Positions 29,299 through 38,779 of a stretch of DNA of 64,000 bases are shown here, piece after piece. Position 1 is the first letter of the stretch; the number at the start of each line of letters is the position of its first letter. Where the stretch lies: NCBI GenBank assembly GCA_963786105.1, contig CAWAXX010000009.1, positions 25,957-89,956 on the forward strand, in the 5' to 3' direction. The notes under the pieces were generated by a model. It was not told where the DNA came from. It saw only the letters and a program-made list of their open reading frames with translations, and searched no databases. The DNA is from Vulcanimicrobiota bacterium. Lineage in GTDB: Bacteria; Vulcanimicrobiota; Vulcanimicrobiia; Vulcanimicrobiales; Vulcanimicrobiaceae. A program made the translations under genes and the position numbers.

Positions 29299-29900
29299 GC
29301 GACGTCGCGACGTTGACGGAAGACCAGTCTGCCGCCGCGGCGCTTGAAGAGGCGGTGCTGCGGCTGCAGCGTCCGGTCGAAGCGCTCTTGTTCGTCGCCG
29401 GCGAGCCGCTATCGATAAAGCAAATCGCCAAGCTGACGCGAGCGGCCGAAACCGAGGTCGCCGCGACGCTCGCGCAAATCACTGCGGAGTACGCCGATCG
29501 CGGCATCGTGGTCCGCGAGGTGGCCGGCGGATATCGCTTCGCCACCTCACCGCTGGCTCGCGATGCCGTAGAGGCCTACTTGTTGCCGCCGAAAACGACG
29601 TTATCGACGCCGGCGATGGAAGCTCTGGCGATCGTCGCGCACATGCAGCCGGTTACTAAGAGCGAGATCGAAGCCATTCGCGGCGTCAACTCGGATAGCG
29701 TGGTCGCTACGCTGCTCGACCGGAACCTCATCGATGAAGCCGGCCGAAAAGACGTGGTCGGCCGCCCGATGCAATATCGCACCACGCCGTTTTTTTTGGA
29801 GTCGTTCGGGTTGCGGTCGCTCGACGATCTCCCGGACATCGAGTTGGAGCCGGGTCAGCCGCTCGAACTCAAACTCCTCGAAGAGAACGAGTCAACATAG
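29295..29900 (+). CDS. scpB: SMC-Scp complex subunit ScpB
   Basis: EALLFVAGEPL, QPVTKSEIEAIRGVNS, FLESFGLRSLDDLP. Confidence 0.96.
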   Translation: MSDVATLTEDQSAAAALEEAVLRLQRPVEALLFVAGEPLSIKQIAKLTRAAETEVAATLAQITAEYADRGIVVREVAGGYRFATSPLARDAVEAYLLPPKTTLSTPAMEALAIVAHMQPVTKSEIEAIRGVNSDSVVATLLDRNLIDEAGRKDVVGRPMQYRTTPFFLESFGLRSLDDLPDIELEPGQPLELKLLEENEST

Positions 29901-29905
29901 CCGCG

Positions 29906-30748
29906 ATGCGCATCGGCCTTCACGTGAAGGTGGCAGGCGGATACGCGAAGGCCGTGGAGCACGCGAAGGCCGCCGGGTGCTCCGCGCTGCAAATTTTTTC
30001 GTCGAATCCCCGAAGCTATCGCCCGAGTGCGATCGACCTTCCCGCCCTCGACGCGTTCGCCCGGATGCGCCGCGATGCCGGGCTTGATCCGTGTGCGATT
30101 CACACGCCGTATCTGATCAATTTGGCCAGCGACGACCCGAAGATTTCCGCCGGGTCGTTGCGATTGCTCGAAGGCGACTTGGCGGTTGCGGCAAGCGGGG
30201 GCATGCGCCTGGTGAATACGCATTTGGGGTCGTACGGAACGCGCGATCGAAAAGAAGGCTTCGCCGCGATCTGCCGCGCGCTCGAAGCGGCTCTGCTCGG
30301 CATTGGTGACGGGGTGTTTTTGGTACTCGAAAATTCAGCGGGCGCGGGAAATCTCGCGGGCGGCACGCTGGAAGAGCTCGGCGCGTTCGTGAAGACGGTC
30401 GATCATCCACAACTCGGCGTATGTCTCGATACCGCACACGCCTGGGCGGCGGGCTACGAAATTAATTCGCAAGCGGGCGTCGACCGGTTCGTCGAACAAG
30501 CCGATCGGCAAATAGGTTTGGAAAAGTTGTTGATGTTTCACTTCAACGATACCGAGGTGCCGCTGGGCGGCAGCCGCGACCGGCACTGGCACATCGGGGA
30601 AGGGCAGATCGGTTTCGAAGGTTTCCGCGCACTGCTGGCGCGGCCCGAGCTTGCCGGAAAGACGGCGATACTCGAAACGCCCGGCGAGATCGCCGACGAC
30701 GTCAGAAACGTGCAGACGATCCTGTCGATCGCACGTGGCGTGCGTTGA
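29906..30748 (+). CDS. nfo: Endonuclease IV
   Basis: HTPYLINLAS, LENSAG, CLDTAH, HFND, DRHWHIGEG, ILETP. Confidence 0.94.
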   Translation: MRIGLHVKVAGGYAKAVEHAKAAGCSALQIFSSNPRSYRPSAIDLPALDAFARMRRDAGLDPCAIHTPYLINLASDDPKISAGSLRLLEGDLAVAASGGMRLVNTHLGSYGTRDRKEGFAAICRALEAALLGIGDGVFLVLENSAGAGNLAGGTLEELGAFVKTVDHPQLGVCLDTAHAWAAGYEINSQAGVDRFVEQADRQIGLEKLLMFHFNDTEVPLGGSRDRHWHIGEGQIGFEGFRALLARPELAGKTAILETPGEIADDVRNVQTILSIARGVR

Positions 30749-30754
30749 CGCCGG

Positions 30755-30892
30755 CTAGCTGACGCGCAGGTGCGGTAAGCGCAGGTCGGAGACCGCGAAC
30801 AATGCCGAGTCGGCGCGTTGCACTTTCAACCGCAACGTCACGTCGGAGATGTCTTGGATGAAGGGAGTGGTGCGAATTGGGTCGTGGAACAT
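30755..30892 (-). CDS. Small 45-aa protein (below ORF-track cutoff)
   Basis: MFHDPIRTTPFIQDISDVTLRLKVQRADSALFAVSDLRLPHLRVS; SD AGAGG; upstream TTGACA-17-TATTAT. Confidence 0.6.
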   Translation of the reverse strand: MFHDPIRTTPFIQDISDVTLRLKVQRADSALFAVSDLRLPHLRVS

Positions 30893-30901
30893 GTTTGCCT
30901 C

Positions 30902-30954
30902 TTGACGACGAAGTAACCTGCTATCATAATACAGTGGTTATGGTAACTTGTCAA
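30902..30954. promoter_or_regulatory. Overlapping opposed sigma70 promoters with TAACC/GGTTA dyad
   Basis: Plus strand TTGACG-17-CATAAT (30902-30930); minus strand TTGACA-17-TATTAT (30954-30926). Confidence 0.65.
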
Positions 30955-30983
30955 CTAATTTTGGTGGTGTTAAACTTACGCTG

Positions 30984-31532
30984 ATGGCCGACCCCTTTTC
31001 CGACCGGGCCCCCGAGCCGCTCGATCTGCTCAGAACCTTTGTGAACACGCTGGACTATCCGGTGGGGCCGGACGTGCTAAGTACGCCCGAAGCGGCTTCG
31101 CAGTGGTGCCGCGACCACGGCTTGCCCCCAGTCTCGAACCAGCGCGAACTGGAACGGTTGCGCGGTTTTCGCGAGGCGCTCCGCGAGCTGTTGTTCGCCA
31201 ATAACGGAGAGAGCGATCCTCAGCTTGCCTGGCAAGGCATGCAACCGTACTTCGAGGCCGCCCGGTTTGGAATCGCCCTGCGTCCCGGACCGCGCCCGGC
31301 CCTCGAGCCCTCCGGCGCGGGGGCCGCGCGTGCCGTCGCGATCATGCTGGCGATTGCGTACGACGCCATCTCCGCGGGCACGTGGCCGCGGCTGCGCGCT
31401 TGCAAAAAGAGCACCTGCCGTTTCGCGTACTACGACCGCTCGAAAAATGGATCGCGCGCGTGGTGCAGCATGGCGGTATGCGGCAATCGCGAAAAAGCGC
31501 AACGCCGCCGCTCGCGCGAGCGACCCATGTGA
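30984..31532 (+). CDS. CGNR zinc finger / ABATE domain protein
   Basis: FVNT; RLRAC....C...YYDRSKNGSRAWCSMAVCGNREK. Confidence 0.93.
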   Translation: MADPFSDRAPEPLDLLRTFVNTLDYPVGPDVLSTPEAASQWCRDHGLPPVSNQRELERLRGFREALRELLFANNGESDPQLAWQGMQPYFEAARFGIALRPGPRPALEPSGAGAARAVAIMLAIAYDAISAGTWPRLRACKKSTCRFAYYDRSKNGSRAWCSMAVCGNREKAQRRRSRERPM

Positions 31533-32590
31533 TCGGGCGTTTCGTCGCGCATTTCGATGTCGACGCCTTCTACGCAAGCGTGGCGGTCCGCGACGACCCG
31601 AACCTGCGCGGCAAGCCGGTAGCCATCGCCGGACGCAGCCGGCGCGCGGTCGTGCTGACCGCTTCGTACGAAGCACGCCCCTTCGGCGTGCGCTCGGCGA
31701 TGCCGCTCTATCAGGCGAGGATGGCCTGTCCCAACCTCGTCGTGGTTCCGCCGGACATGGCAAAATATAAAGCCGTTTCGCGCGAGATCTTTGCCGTCTT
31801 CGGCGCGCGCGGCCATGCCGTTGAAGGACTTTCGATGGACGAGGCCTTCGTCGACGCCGGCGATGCTGATTTCGATGCCGCATGCACGCTAGCGGCGAGC
31901 ATTCGCCGCGACGTCGAAGATGCGACCGGGCTGACCGTCAGCGCCGGCGTCGCGACCGGTAAAATGATTGCGAAGATCGCGTCCGATTCGTGCAAGCCGA
32001 ACGGTCTGCTCGCGATCGCACCGGGCGACGAAGAAACGTTTCTCGCGCCCTTGCCGGTCGGCCGGTTGTGGGGCGTCGGGCCGAAAACGCAGCGGCGTTT
32101 GACGGCTTTCGGGATTCAAACGGTCGGCGAGCTGGCCGCGCTCGGCGAAACGCCGTTGCGCGAACTCTTTGGAGGGTGGGGAATTCAGGTTCGCGAGCTT
32201 GCGCGCGGGCGCGACGCCCGCCGGGTTGAGCCGGAACGCGAAACCAAGTCGATCTCAACCGAGGAAACGTTCGAATACGACGTGCGCGACGAGCGCGAGC
32301 TGGTCGCCGTCTTGCGCGCTCAGTCGATCGAACTCGCCGAAACGCTCGCGCGCGAGAACGCCGGCGCGCGCACCGTCGGCATCAAGATCAAGCGTGCCGA
32401 CTTCACGACTCTGGGGCGCCAAACGCATCTCGTCGAGCCGACGCGCGCCGCAGGTGCCATCTTCCGAGCCGCCGTCACCTGTCTGCGACGCGCGCAGCTT
32501 AACGGCGCACCCGTGCGCCTGCTCGGAACGCGCGTCGCTTCGCTGGTCGACGGCGAGCCCTTGCAGATCGGATTGTTTTCGCGGCGCTAG
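31529..32590 (+). CDS. dinB: DNA polymerase IV
   Basis: HFDVDAFYASV, SYEARPFGVRSAMP, SMDEAF, AKIASD..KPNG. Confidence 0.95.
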   Translation: MIGRFVAHFDVDAFYASVAVRDDPNLRGKPVAIAGRSRRAVVLTASYEARPFGVRSAMPLYQARMACPNLVVVPPDMAKYKAVSREIFAVFGARGHAVEGLSMDEAFVDAGDADFDAACTLAASIRRDVEDATGLTVSAGVATGKMIAKIASDSCKPNGLLAIAPGDEETFLAPLPVGRLWGVGPKTQRRLTAFGIQTVGELAALGETPLRELFGGWGIQVRELARGRDARRVEPERETKSISTEETFEYDVRDERELVAVLRAQSIELAETLARENAGARTVGIKIKRADFTTLGRQTHLVEPTRAAGAIFRAAVTCLRRAQLNGAPVRLLGTRVASLVDGEPLQIGLFSRR

Positions 32591-32635
32591 CGCTTGCGCG
32601 AAACACCTGAGCAACCCGGTGGTAGGGTCCAGTGA

Positions 32636-33613
32636 ATGAAAGCCGCCGTGTACGCTGCCTACGGAGGTCCCGACGTCCTGCAAATTCGCGACGTTCTAGA
32701 CCCCGTTCCCAGCGACGACGAAGTGCTGCTTCGCGTGCGCGCGGCCTCGATTAATCCGCTCGACTGGCGAATGATGCGTGGTAGCCCGCCGGCATTTCGT
32801 CTGCTGTACGGTGGGCTGCGCAAGCCGACGGCCCGTCCCGGGCGCGACGTTGCAGGCGTGATCGCGGCCGTCGGCAAGAACGTCTCGCGGTTCAAACCCG
32901 GCGACGCAGTATTCGGCGCGTGCAAGGGAGCGTGCGCGGAGTACGCGTGCGCAGCGGAGTCGCGATTGACGCGCAAACCGGATAATACGTCGTTCGAGCA
33001 AGCCGCCTCGGTGGCGGTGGCCGCGTTGACCGCTCTGCAGGGTTTACGCGATGTCGGTCGCGTTGGGCCCGGGCACAAAGTCTTGATCAACGGTGCGGCA
33101 GGTGGCGTGGGCACGTTCGCCGTGCAGCTCGCCAAGTCGTTTGGCGCCGAAGTCACCGGCGTCTGCAGCACGCGGAACGTCGAGATGGTGCGTTCGATCG
33201 GCGCCGATCGCGTCGTCGATTACAACAAAGAGGATTTCACAAAAAGCGAGCGAGATTACGACGTGCTTCTGGATTGCGTCGTCAACCATGCGTTATCGGA
33301 ATACCGGGGAGTCCTGCGCCCCGACGGCACGTGCGTGATCGTCGGCGCACCGAAGAAGCTGTCCACGATCGGCCTTCTGAAGTATCTCGTCGAGCCCAGG
33401 CTCATGACGCGGTCGCAAGGACAGAAGTTCATCACCTTTATCGCGAAGCTAAACGAACGCGATTTGCCTGCGATGGCGGGGCTCTTGAAGAGCGGTAAGG
33501 TTACACCCGTTATCGATAGAGTCTATCCGCTAAGCGAGATTGCCCAAGCGGTCGGATACGTCGAGGCAGGGCACGCCCGTGGAAAAGTCGTGATAACCGT
33601 TAGCGATATTTAG
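32636..33613 (+). CDS. MDR family NAD(P)-dependent oxidoreductase
   Basis: AASINPLD, INGAAGGVGTFAVQLAK, GHARGKVVI. Confidence 0.92.
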   Translation: MKAAVYAAYGGPDVLQIRDVLDPVPSDDEVLLRVRAASINPLDWRMMRGSPPAFRLLYGGLRKPTARPGRDVAGVIAAVGKNVSRFKPGDAVFGACKGACAEYACAAESRLTRKPDNTSFEQAASVAVAALTALQGLRDVGRVGPGHKVLINGAAGGVGTFAVQLAKSFGAEVTGVCSTRNVEMVRSIGADRVVDYNKEDFTKSERDYDVLLDCVVNHALSEYRGVLRPDGTCVIVGAPKKLSTIGLLKYLVEPRLMTRSQGQKFITFIAKLNERDLPAMAGLLKSGKVTPVIDRVYPLSEIAQAVGYVEAGHARGKVVITVSDI

Positions 33614-33884
33614 CCGCAAGACGCTCGGCGTACCATGCGGGCCACGGCTGCGACGGCCCGAGCTTCGTGTATTGCTCGTCGAGCTCGACCAAGTCCCGAG
33701 TGAGGTGGCTGCGTATCGGCCGCCGCGCCAACGACTTCGCAAGCGCGGAGTGCGCGAGCAGCCAGTCGGAGTAAAACGTGGCCCAGTCGTCGTCGCTGCC
33801 GTCGGTGTCGGCGAATACCATGTGATGAATCTCACCGGCCTGATTCAACAACTTCGCGATCGCCGCGCTGGCGTCTTCGGTCAT
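33600..33884 (-). CDS. Hypothetical protein
   Basis: 94 aa, ATGA overlap with the upstream membrane gene. Confidence 0.7.
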   Translation of the reverse strand: MTEDASAAIAKLLNQAGEIHHMVFADTDGSDDDWATFYSDWLLAHSALAKSLARRPIRSHLTRDLVELDEQYTKLGPSQPWPAWYAERLAAKYR

Positions 33885-34603
33885 GGCTGACTCCTATCGG
33901 AAAGGGGCGTCGACCTTCGCCGGGGTTCCACCTTGGCACCCCTAATCACGAGCCACAGCGCGATCGCGATTTCCCCGAAGAATGCAGGTTGCGAAACTGC
34001 AAACACCACGTCGCGGTATTGCGGCACGAGTAGGCCCGTCACGCTAAAGACCAAATAGGCGAAGCCTCCGACGAGCAACCAGATGCCCAAGAAACGCGGA
34101 AGGAAGCCCGACTTGATCGCCAGCACGCCAAATGGAAAGAGCCAGAGCCCCCAAAAGATTCCATTGAGGACGTTGCCTTGTGAATGAATGCGCAGGAATA
34201 GCGTCGCCAAGGCGTCCTGCTGCGGTTTTGCGAACGCTGCGAGAAAGTCGCCTCCGTTCACGACGATCAAGGCCGCCATCCAGTTCAGGGCGTTGATAAA
34301 AAAAATCGTGGCCGGGATAAGGCCACCGAGGATCACCATAAGGGTGGCGAGGCTTTGGTTCACTCCTTTGAACAACCGGTAAAGAGCGAGTGTGACCGCC
34401 AGACAGATGAGTCCGTTGAGGATGTCGCCGACGATGGCGAAACGGAAAAGCGTCTCGTGCGCTGAAATGTTGGTTGCGGTGGCGGTTGCATTTCCAGTCA
34501 CGAACAGAACGTTGGGAACGTAGATGAGGCTGAAAGGCCCGACGAGCACCCCTAACAGATAGATGCCACCCGCGACGCGTGCGGCCTTGTCGATTTGATG
34601 CAT
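33881..34603 (-). CDS. DUF4386-like membrane protein
   Basis: ARVAGGIYL start, FWGLWLFPFG.L..KSGFLPRFLG; about 6 TM. Confidence 0.8.
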   Translation of the reverse strand: MHQIDKAARVAGGIYLLGVLVGPFSLIYVPNVLFVTGNATATATNISAHETLFRFAIVGDILNGLICLAVTLALYRLFKGVNQSLATLMVILGGLIPATIFFINALNWMAALIVVNGGDFLAAFAKPQQDALATLFLRIHSQGNVLNGIFWGLWLFPFGVLAIKSGFLPRFLGIWLLVGGFAYLVFSVTGLLVPQYRDVVFAVSQPAFFGEIAIALWLVIRGAKVEPRRRSTPLSDRSQP

Positions 34604-34800
34604 GCCTCAATCTCCTCTGCGCCGTACCGGCCCATCTACCCGTACGGAGGCAAGATTGTTTCTGCAGCCGCACCGCGCGTCTTACGATCGAGGCGTCGAT
34701 GGTTTCGAAGCAAGGCTAGTCCTGCACGTGCATCGAAACGACCGTTTATCGCGCATGTGGGCGCGGCACCCCTAGAAAAGCGATTTGGAGGCATTGCAGC

Positions 34801-35310
34801 GTGCTATCAACGCGACTACTGGCAGGTTGCGCACTGATTTTCTGTGCGCTGAGCCTCGGTCGTTCCGCGCTCGCGTCGAACGACGAATACCCCATTCCCT
34901 TCGACGCGCGGAGCGATCTTAAGGGAGATGCTCCCGTCTATCCGACCGGTCCAACCAGTCTGGCACTAAAAGCAAACGGGTTACGGCTTTCGTGGATTAT
35001 TCTCGTCCATCGTTCGTTCGACCAAGCCTTGTCGGAGGAGGCGGCGGCGCAAAAGGTTTACAACGCTCTCTTCGTTACCAATGCCGACGTAAAATATCCC
35101 AGCGGCGGCGCCTACGTCGTGATGGTTCTGTTCTACCCGAAGGTCGCCGAGGGTAAGATCCCTTTCGTGGCGTTCATTTTTTCGCGCGATGCAACGGGGA
35201 AGTGGGAACCTCGCTTCTCTACGAGCCCCGAGGAAACCAAAAAGATCGCAACCATCGTGTTTCACAGTTCCAACTGGAATCCAACCGTTCAAGGGAGTCC
35301 CCCACCGTGA
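34801..35310 (+). CDS. Hypothetical secreted protein
   Basis: Signal peptide ending ALA; protein-like composition. Confidence 0.65.
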   Translation: MLSTRLLAGCALIFCALSLGRSALASNDEYPIPFDARSDLKGDAPVYPTGPTSLALKANGLRLSWIILVHRSFDQALSEEAAAQKVYNALFVTNADVKYPSGGAYVVMVLFYPKVAEGKIPFVAFIFSRDATGKWEPRFSTSPEETKKIATIVFHSSNWNPTVQGSPPP

Positions 35311-35726
35311 TGGAAGCCGACGACGGCGTGCCGCGCATCACGCCCGAAGAGGCCAAGGCTATGATGGCCAGTGGGAACACGCTCGTCGTCGACGTGCGCG
35401 AAACGTTCGAACTCGTAAGGAGCGGTAAGGTTGCCGGCGCCGTGCACGTGCCGTGCGGCGCGTTAGAATTTCGCGCCGATTCGGCGACGCCGTATTACGA
35501 CGACAATTTTGACAAGAACAAAACGATTATCCTCTACTGCGCTGTTGGCGAGCGCTCGTCGCTGTGTGGATCGATGCTCAAAGAGATGGGCTACACCAAG
35601 GTCTACAATCTTGGCGGTTTTGAGGATTGGGTCGACAGCGGCGGAGCCGTCGAGGCGTTTTCGCTAGACGTGGTCGGCGTGCCAACACGAGTCGGCGAAG
35701 CCCGACTCCCCAAGCGCGCGCACTAA
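35310..35726 (+). CDS. Rhodanese-like protein
   Basis: VVDVRE..E...GKVAGAVHVP, YCAVGERS, NLGGFEDW. Confidence 0.88.
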   Translation: MEADDGVPRITPEEAKAMMASGNTLVVDVRETFELVRSGKVAGAVHVPCGALEFRADSATPYYDDNFDKNKTIILYCAVGERSSLCGSMLKEMGYTKVYNLGGFEDWVDSGGAVEAFSLDVVGVPTRVGEARLPKRAH

Positions 35727-36623
35727 ACGCTTTCCTTCGATAGAAAGCGGTGCCGCCATGAAGATGGCCTGTTTGCGCTTGCGGACCGATCCCTTCGGCA
35801 GCGCCTCTCGCGCGCCGCTGGGCGGCAGCCAGCCGACGATGCGCTGCAAGTCGCCGGCGGCGGCGCGCAGAAGTGCCGGTATCGCCTCGGCCGCGGACGC
35901 ACCCGCGAAACCGAACTCGTTCACGACGTAAGCATCCCGCTCGGGAACGCGCGCTCCCAAGACGTACGCTCCGACGCCACGGCCGTGCCGCACGACGAGG
36001 TTGGTTTCGTGTCCCGCACCCGACTCGGTATCCTGACGCATTCGCGCGCGCATATGCTCCCACACCAGCGGCGTCCGCAGAAACCCGGCCGGGCGGCTGC
36101 GCTCGCCGAGGTCGTAGCAGCGTTGCAGGCCGTTCCAGTCGCGCGGCGTCAACAGTTCGGGCGCAAGCCGAGCCGACGGCAGCGCGTCCGCGCGCAGCGT
36201 GATCTCCCGCGACGGTAGCTCCGTGAAGCCGAGCAACGCGTAGAACTGCGGAAGAATGTCGGAGAAGAGGAACGCGGCGTCGTAGCCGGCGCCGCGCGCG
36301 CGGTCGAGCGCGGTTGCGAGCATGATACCGGCGTACCCACGCCGCCGGTGCTCGGGCGGCGTGAAGACCGCGCCGATTCCAAATGCGCGCAGCCTTCGGG
36401 TGCCGAGATGCATCAGCCGCTCGTAATGCTTGAACGACGCCACCATGCGATTGCCGTCGAAAAGCCCCATCGTGCGATAATGGCGCCGGCCATACGGGCT
36501 GCGTGCGATCTCGAGCGTGTGGGATACGTAGGTGGGAAAATTGCGGCCCGCCGCCCACAGGGCTGCCGTGTGCGGTAAGACGTCGCGCACGTAGACGTCC
36601 GCGTCGACCGGTTGCAACTTCAC
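35664..36623 (-). CDS. GNAT acetyltransferase (Eis-like)
   Basis: GIGAVFTPPEHRRRGYAG acetyl-CoA motif, FYALLGF. Confidence 0.85.
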   Translation of the reverse strand: MKLQPVDADVYVRDVLPHTAALWAAGRNFPTYVSHTLEIARSPYGRRHYRTMGLFDGNRMVASFKHYERLMHLGTRRLRAFGIGAVFTPPEHRRRGYAGIMLATALDRARGAGYDAAFLFSDILPQFYALLGFTELPSREITLRADALPSARLAPELLTPRDWNGLQRCYDLGERSRPAGFLRTPLVWEHMRARMRQDTESGAGHETNLVVRHGRGVGAYVLGARVPERDAYVVNEFGFAGASAAEAIPALLRAAAGDLQRIVGWLPPSGAREALPKGSVRKRKQAIFMAAPLSIEGKRLVRALGESGFADSCWHADHV

Positions 36624-38779
36624 GAGAGAACCTGCGATCCCGGAAGCCGCGCGTCGCGCAGCTCTTCCAGAAACTCCGGCGCGTGAACGCCCTTGGTGGC
36701 TGACTGCGACGCGGTCACTAAAGCGCTGACGCGTGCCCGCCGCAACGCGTACACGAAGGCGCGGCGTTCCCGGTCGTTGTAGCGTTCGCGCGATCTATTT
36801 CGAAACGTGTAGTAGCTGAACTTCGCGGTGCGCGATGCTTGCGCCTCACCGGCGTTCTCCTTCGGAATCATCCCGAGCCGGGGGCTGAACAGGAAGGCGT
36901 CGGGCGAATACCAGCGTGGAAACGCGCCCGCTCGTACGTCGGCGACGACGACGCGATCGAACTCGCGCCCGTACGCGGCTTCGACGCTGAGAACGCGCAC
37001 CCCGACGTCTTCGGGTGCGTCTTCGCACGACTCCAGCTCGCTGTTCGCACGACGCTCCGCATACTCCAAAATGTCGGAGACGGTCGCTTCACCGTTCGTA
37101 CGAGAGAAGGCCGTCAATCGCGCCAGCAGCCGCCGCAGAACGAGTTGCTGCGCGCGTTGTGACGCCGACCCGGCGGCACCCTCACGCGCGAGCGCGTCGC
37201 TCCAAACCATGCGTGCGAACTCTTCGAACGGTTTGTCGTACATCGCCGCCAGCCAGCCGAGGCGAAGTGCGCGGAACCGCTGCACGCGTTCGCGCGCGGC
37301 CGGCGACAGCTCCCCGTCTCGCTCCCCGCGCACGACGTTCCAACCGAGCCGCAAATCGCGTTTCGGATCCCAGCGACTGGCACGCACGGTCGGGGCGCGT
37401 TCTTCGTCGAGAACGAACAGCGGCGTTTGAGGATTGGGCGGCTCGCCGCAAAGCGTGGCCAGCGACGCGTCCGAGAGCCCAAAAGCGGGATTCCCGAGCG
37501 TACGCAGCAGCCAGTCGTGCCGGAACGGATCGTACGCGTTCCACAGCAAGGCCAACGCGTCGAGTGCCCGCCGATCGGCAAAAACGTTTGCGTCGCCGCC
37601 GGTGACGACCGAGACGTCGCGATCGAGCAGCGCACGTTCGTACGGCTCGACGTTCCGGATCGAGCGAAACAAGACGCCGATGCGATCGGGCGGAGTTCCT
37701 TCGTCGAGCCACTCCCGGACGCGTTCGGCAGCGAACGCGGCCTCCGCGCGAACCGAGGGCGCGCGGAACAAAAACAGTCGTGGTTCTACTCCGGTTGCGG
37801 TAATCGGTTCGGTCGAGATCAGGCGCCGGCAGGCGAGTTCTATAGCGGCCGGCGAGCGGTGCTGTTCGCGAAGTTCGAAACGTTGCGCCGCACCGTGGAG
37901 CGCGGCGTCACCTCCAGCCGCTCGCAGCCCGGAAAATGCCGACGCCGGATCGCCGCACAGGGTGACGCCGGCGAGGTCGGGCCCGAAGAGTTCCCGCAAC
38001 AGCTGCAGCTCGGCGGCGGTCAGGTTTTCCGCATTGTCGACGAACGCCAGTCGATGCGTCGCACGCAGCCGGCCGCGTAAACCTGCATCCGCATAGAGAG
38101 CGCGCAACGCGGCCTCAACGGCGTCGCGTCCGGTCATGCGGCCGCCGGAAATCACGAGCTCGCAGTAGCGCTCGTACAGCTTTGCAAGAATTTTAGCAAG
38201 ATCGATTTCGCGACGATACTGACGCTGCAGTTCCGCCGGCGTGACCGCTAAAGAGTCGTGGTACGCGCCCTTGACGGACATGAGCAGCGCCGGATCGGCG
38301 AAGTTTGGAGGCTTTGCGTAAAAGTCCGTGCCACCGGCGAGCGCCCGCGAGAGGAACTGTTGCGGTTCGACTCGCGCATCGCGCAGCTTGCGAATCAGCC
38401 GGAACGCCGAATCCAGAAAACGCCCCGGCGAACGCAGACCCGGTACTTCGGGATCGAGCTGCGCCGAAACGAACTCCTCCCAGTCGAGGGCGAAAAGCGG
38501 CGCGCACGCGTCGGCAAAGAGCGCCTCGGCTTCGACGTCGTCGATCAACGTCGCGTGGACTCCGCCGAGTTCGAGCACGCGGGCGGCGAAGGTGTCGAAG
38601 CGGCATTCAGACGGGAACGAGAGCGGTGCGGCCTGCGGATACAGCGCGCGTGCGCGCGCCGCTCGGGCGAGCATCGTGGTGCTCTTGCCGGTGCCGGGAG
38701 CTCCGACAATCGCCACGCAGCCATCGAACGACGCGTCGACGGCGAGGCGCTGCTCGGCATTCAGTTCGGTTGCGATCAT
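36620..38779 (-). CDS. UvrD/AdnA-like SF1 helicase homolog with degenerate catalytic motifs
   Basis: LNAEQR, GAPGTGKS; altered motifs II-VI (VDNAEN, GDPASAF, EAAYGREF, ERRAFVYALRRA). Confidence 0.85.
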   Translation of the reverse strand: MIATELNAEQRLAVDASFDGCVAIVGAPGTGKSTTMLARAARARALYPQAAPLSFPSECRFDTFAARVLELGGVHATLIDDVEAEALFADACAPLFALDWEEFVSAQLDPEVPGLRSPGRFLDSAFRLIRKLRDARVEPQQFLSRALAGGTDFYAKPPNFADPALLMSVKGAYHDSLAVTPAELQRQYRREIDLAKILAKLYERYCELVISGGRMTGRDAVEAALRALYADAGLRGRLRATHRLAFVDNAENLTAAELQLLRELFGPDLAGVTLCGDPASAFSGLRAAGGDAALHGAAQRFELREQHRSPAAIELACRRLISTEPITATGVEPRLFLFRAPSVRAEAAFAAERVREWLDEGTPPDRIGVLFRSIRNVEPYERALLDRDVSVVTGGDANVFADRRALDALALLWNAYDPFRHDWLLRTLGNPAFGLSDASLATLCGEPPNPQTPLFVLDEERAPTVRASRWDPKRDLRLGWNVVRGERDGELSPAARERVQRFRALRLGWLAAMYDKPFEEFARMVWSDALAREGAAGSASQRAQQLVLRRLLARLTAFSRTNGEATVSDILEYAERRANSELESCEDAPEDVGVRVLSVEAAYGREFDRVVVADVRAGAFPRWYSPDAFLFSPRLGMIPKENAGEAQASRTAKFSYYTFRNRSRERYNDRERRAFVYALRRARVSALVTASQSATKGVHAPEFLEELRDARLPGSQVLS

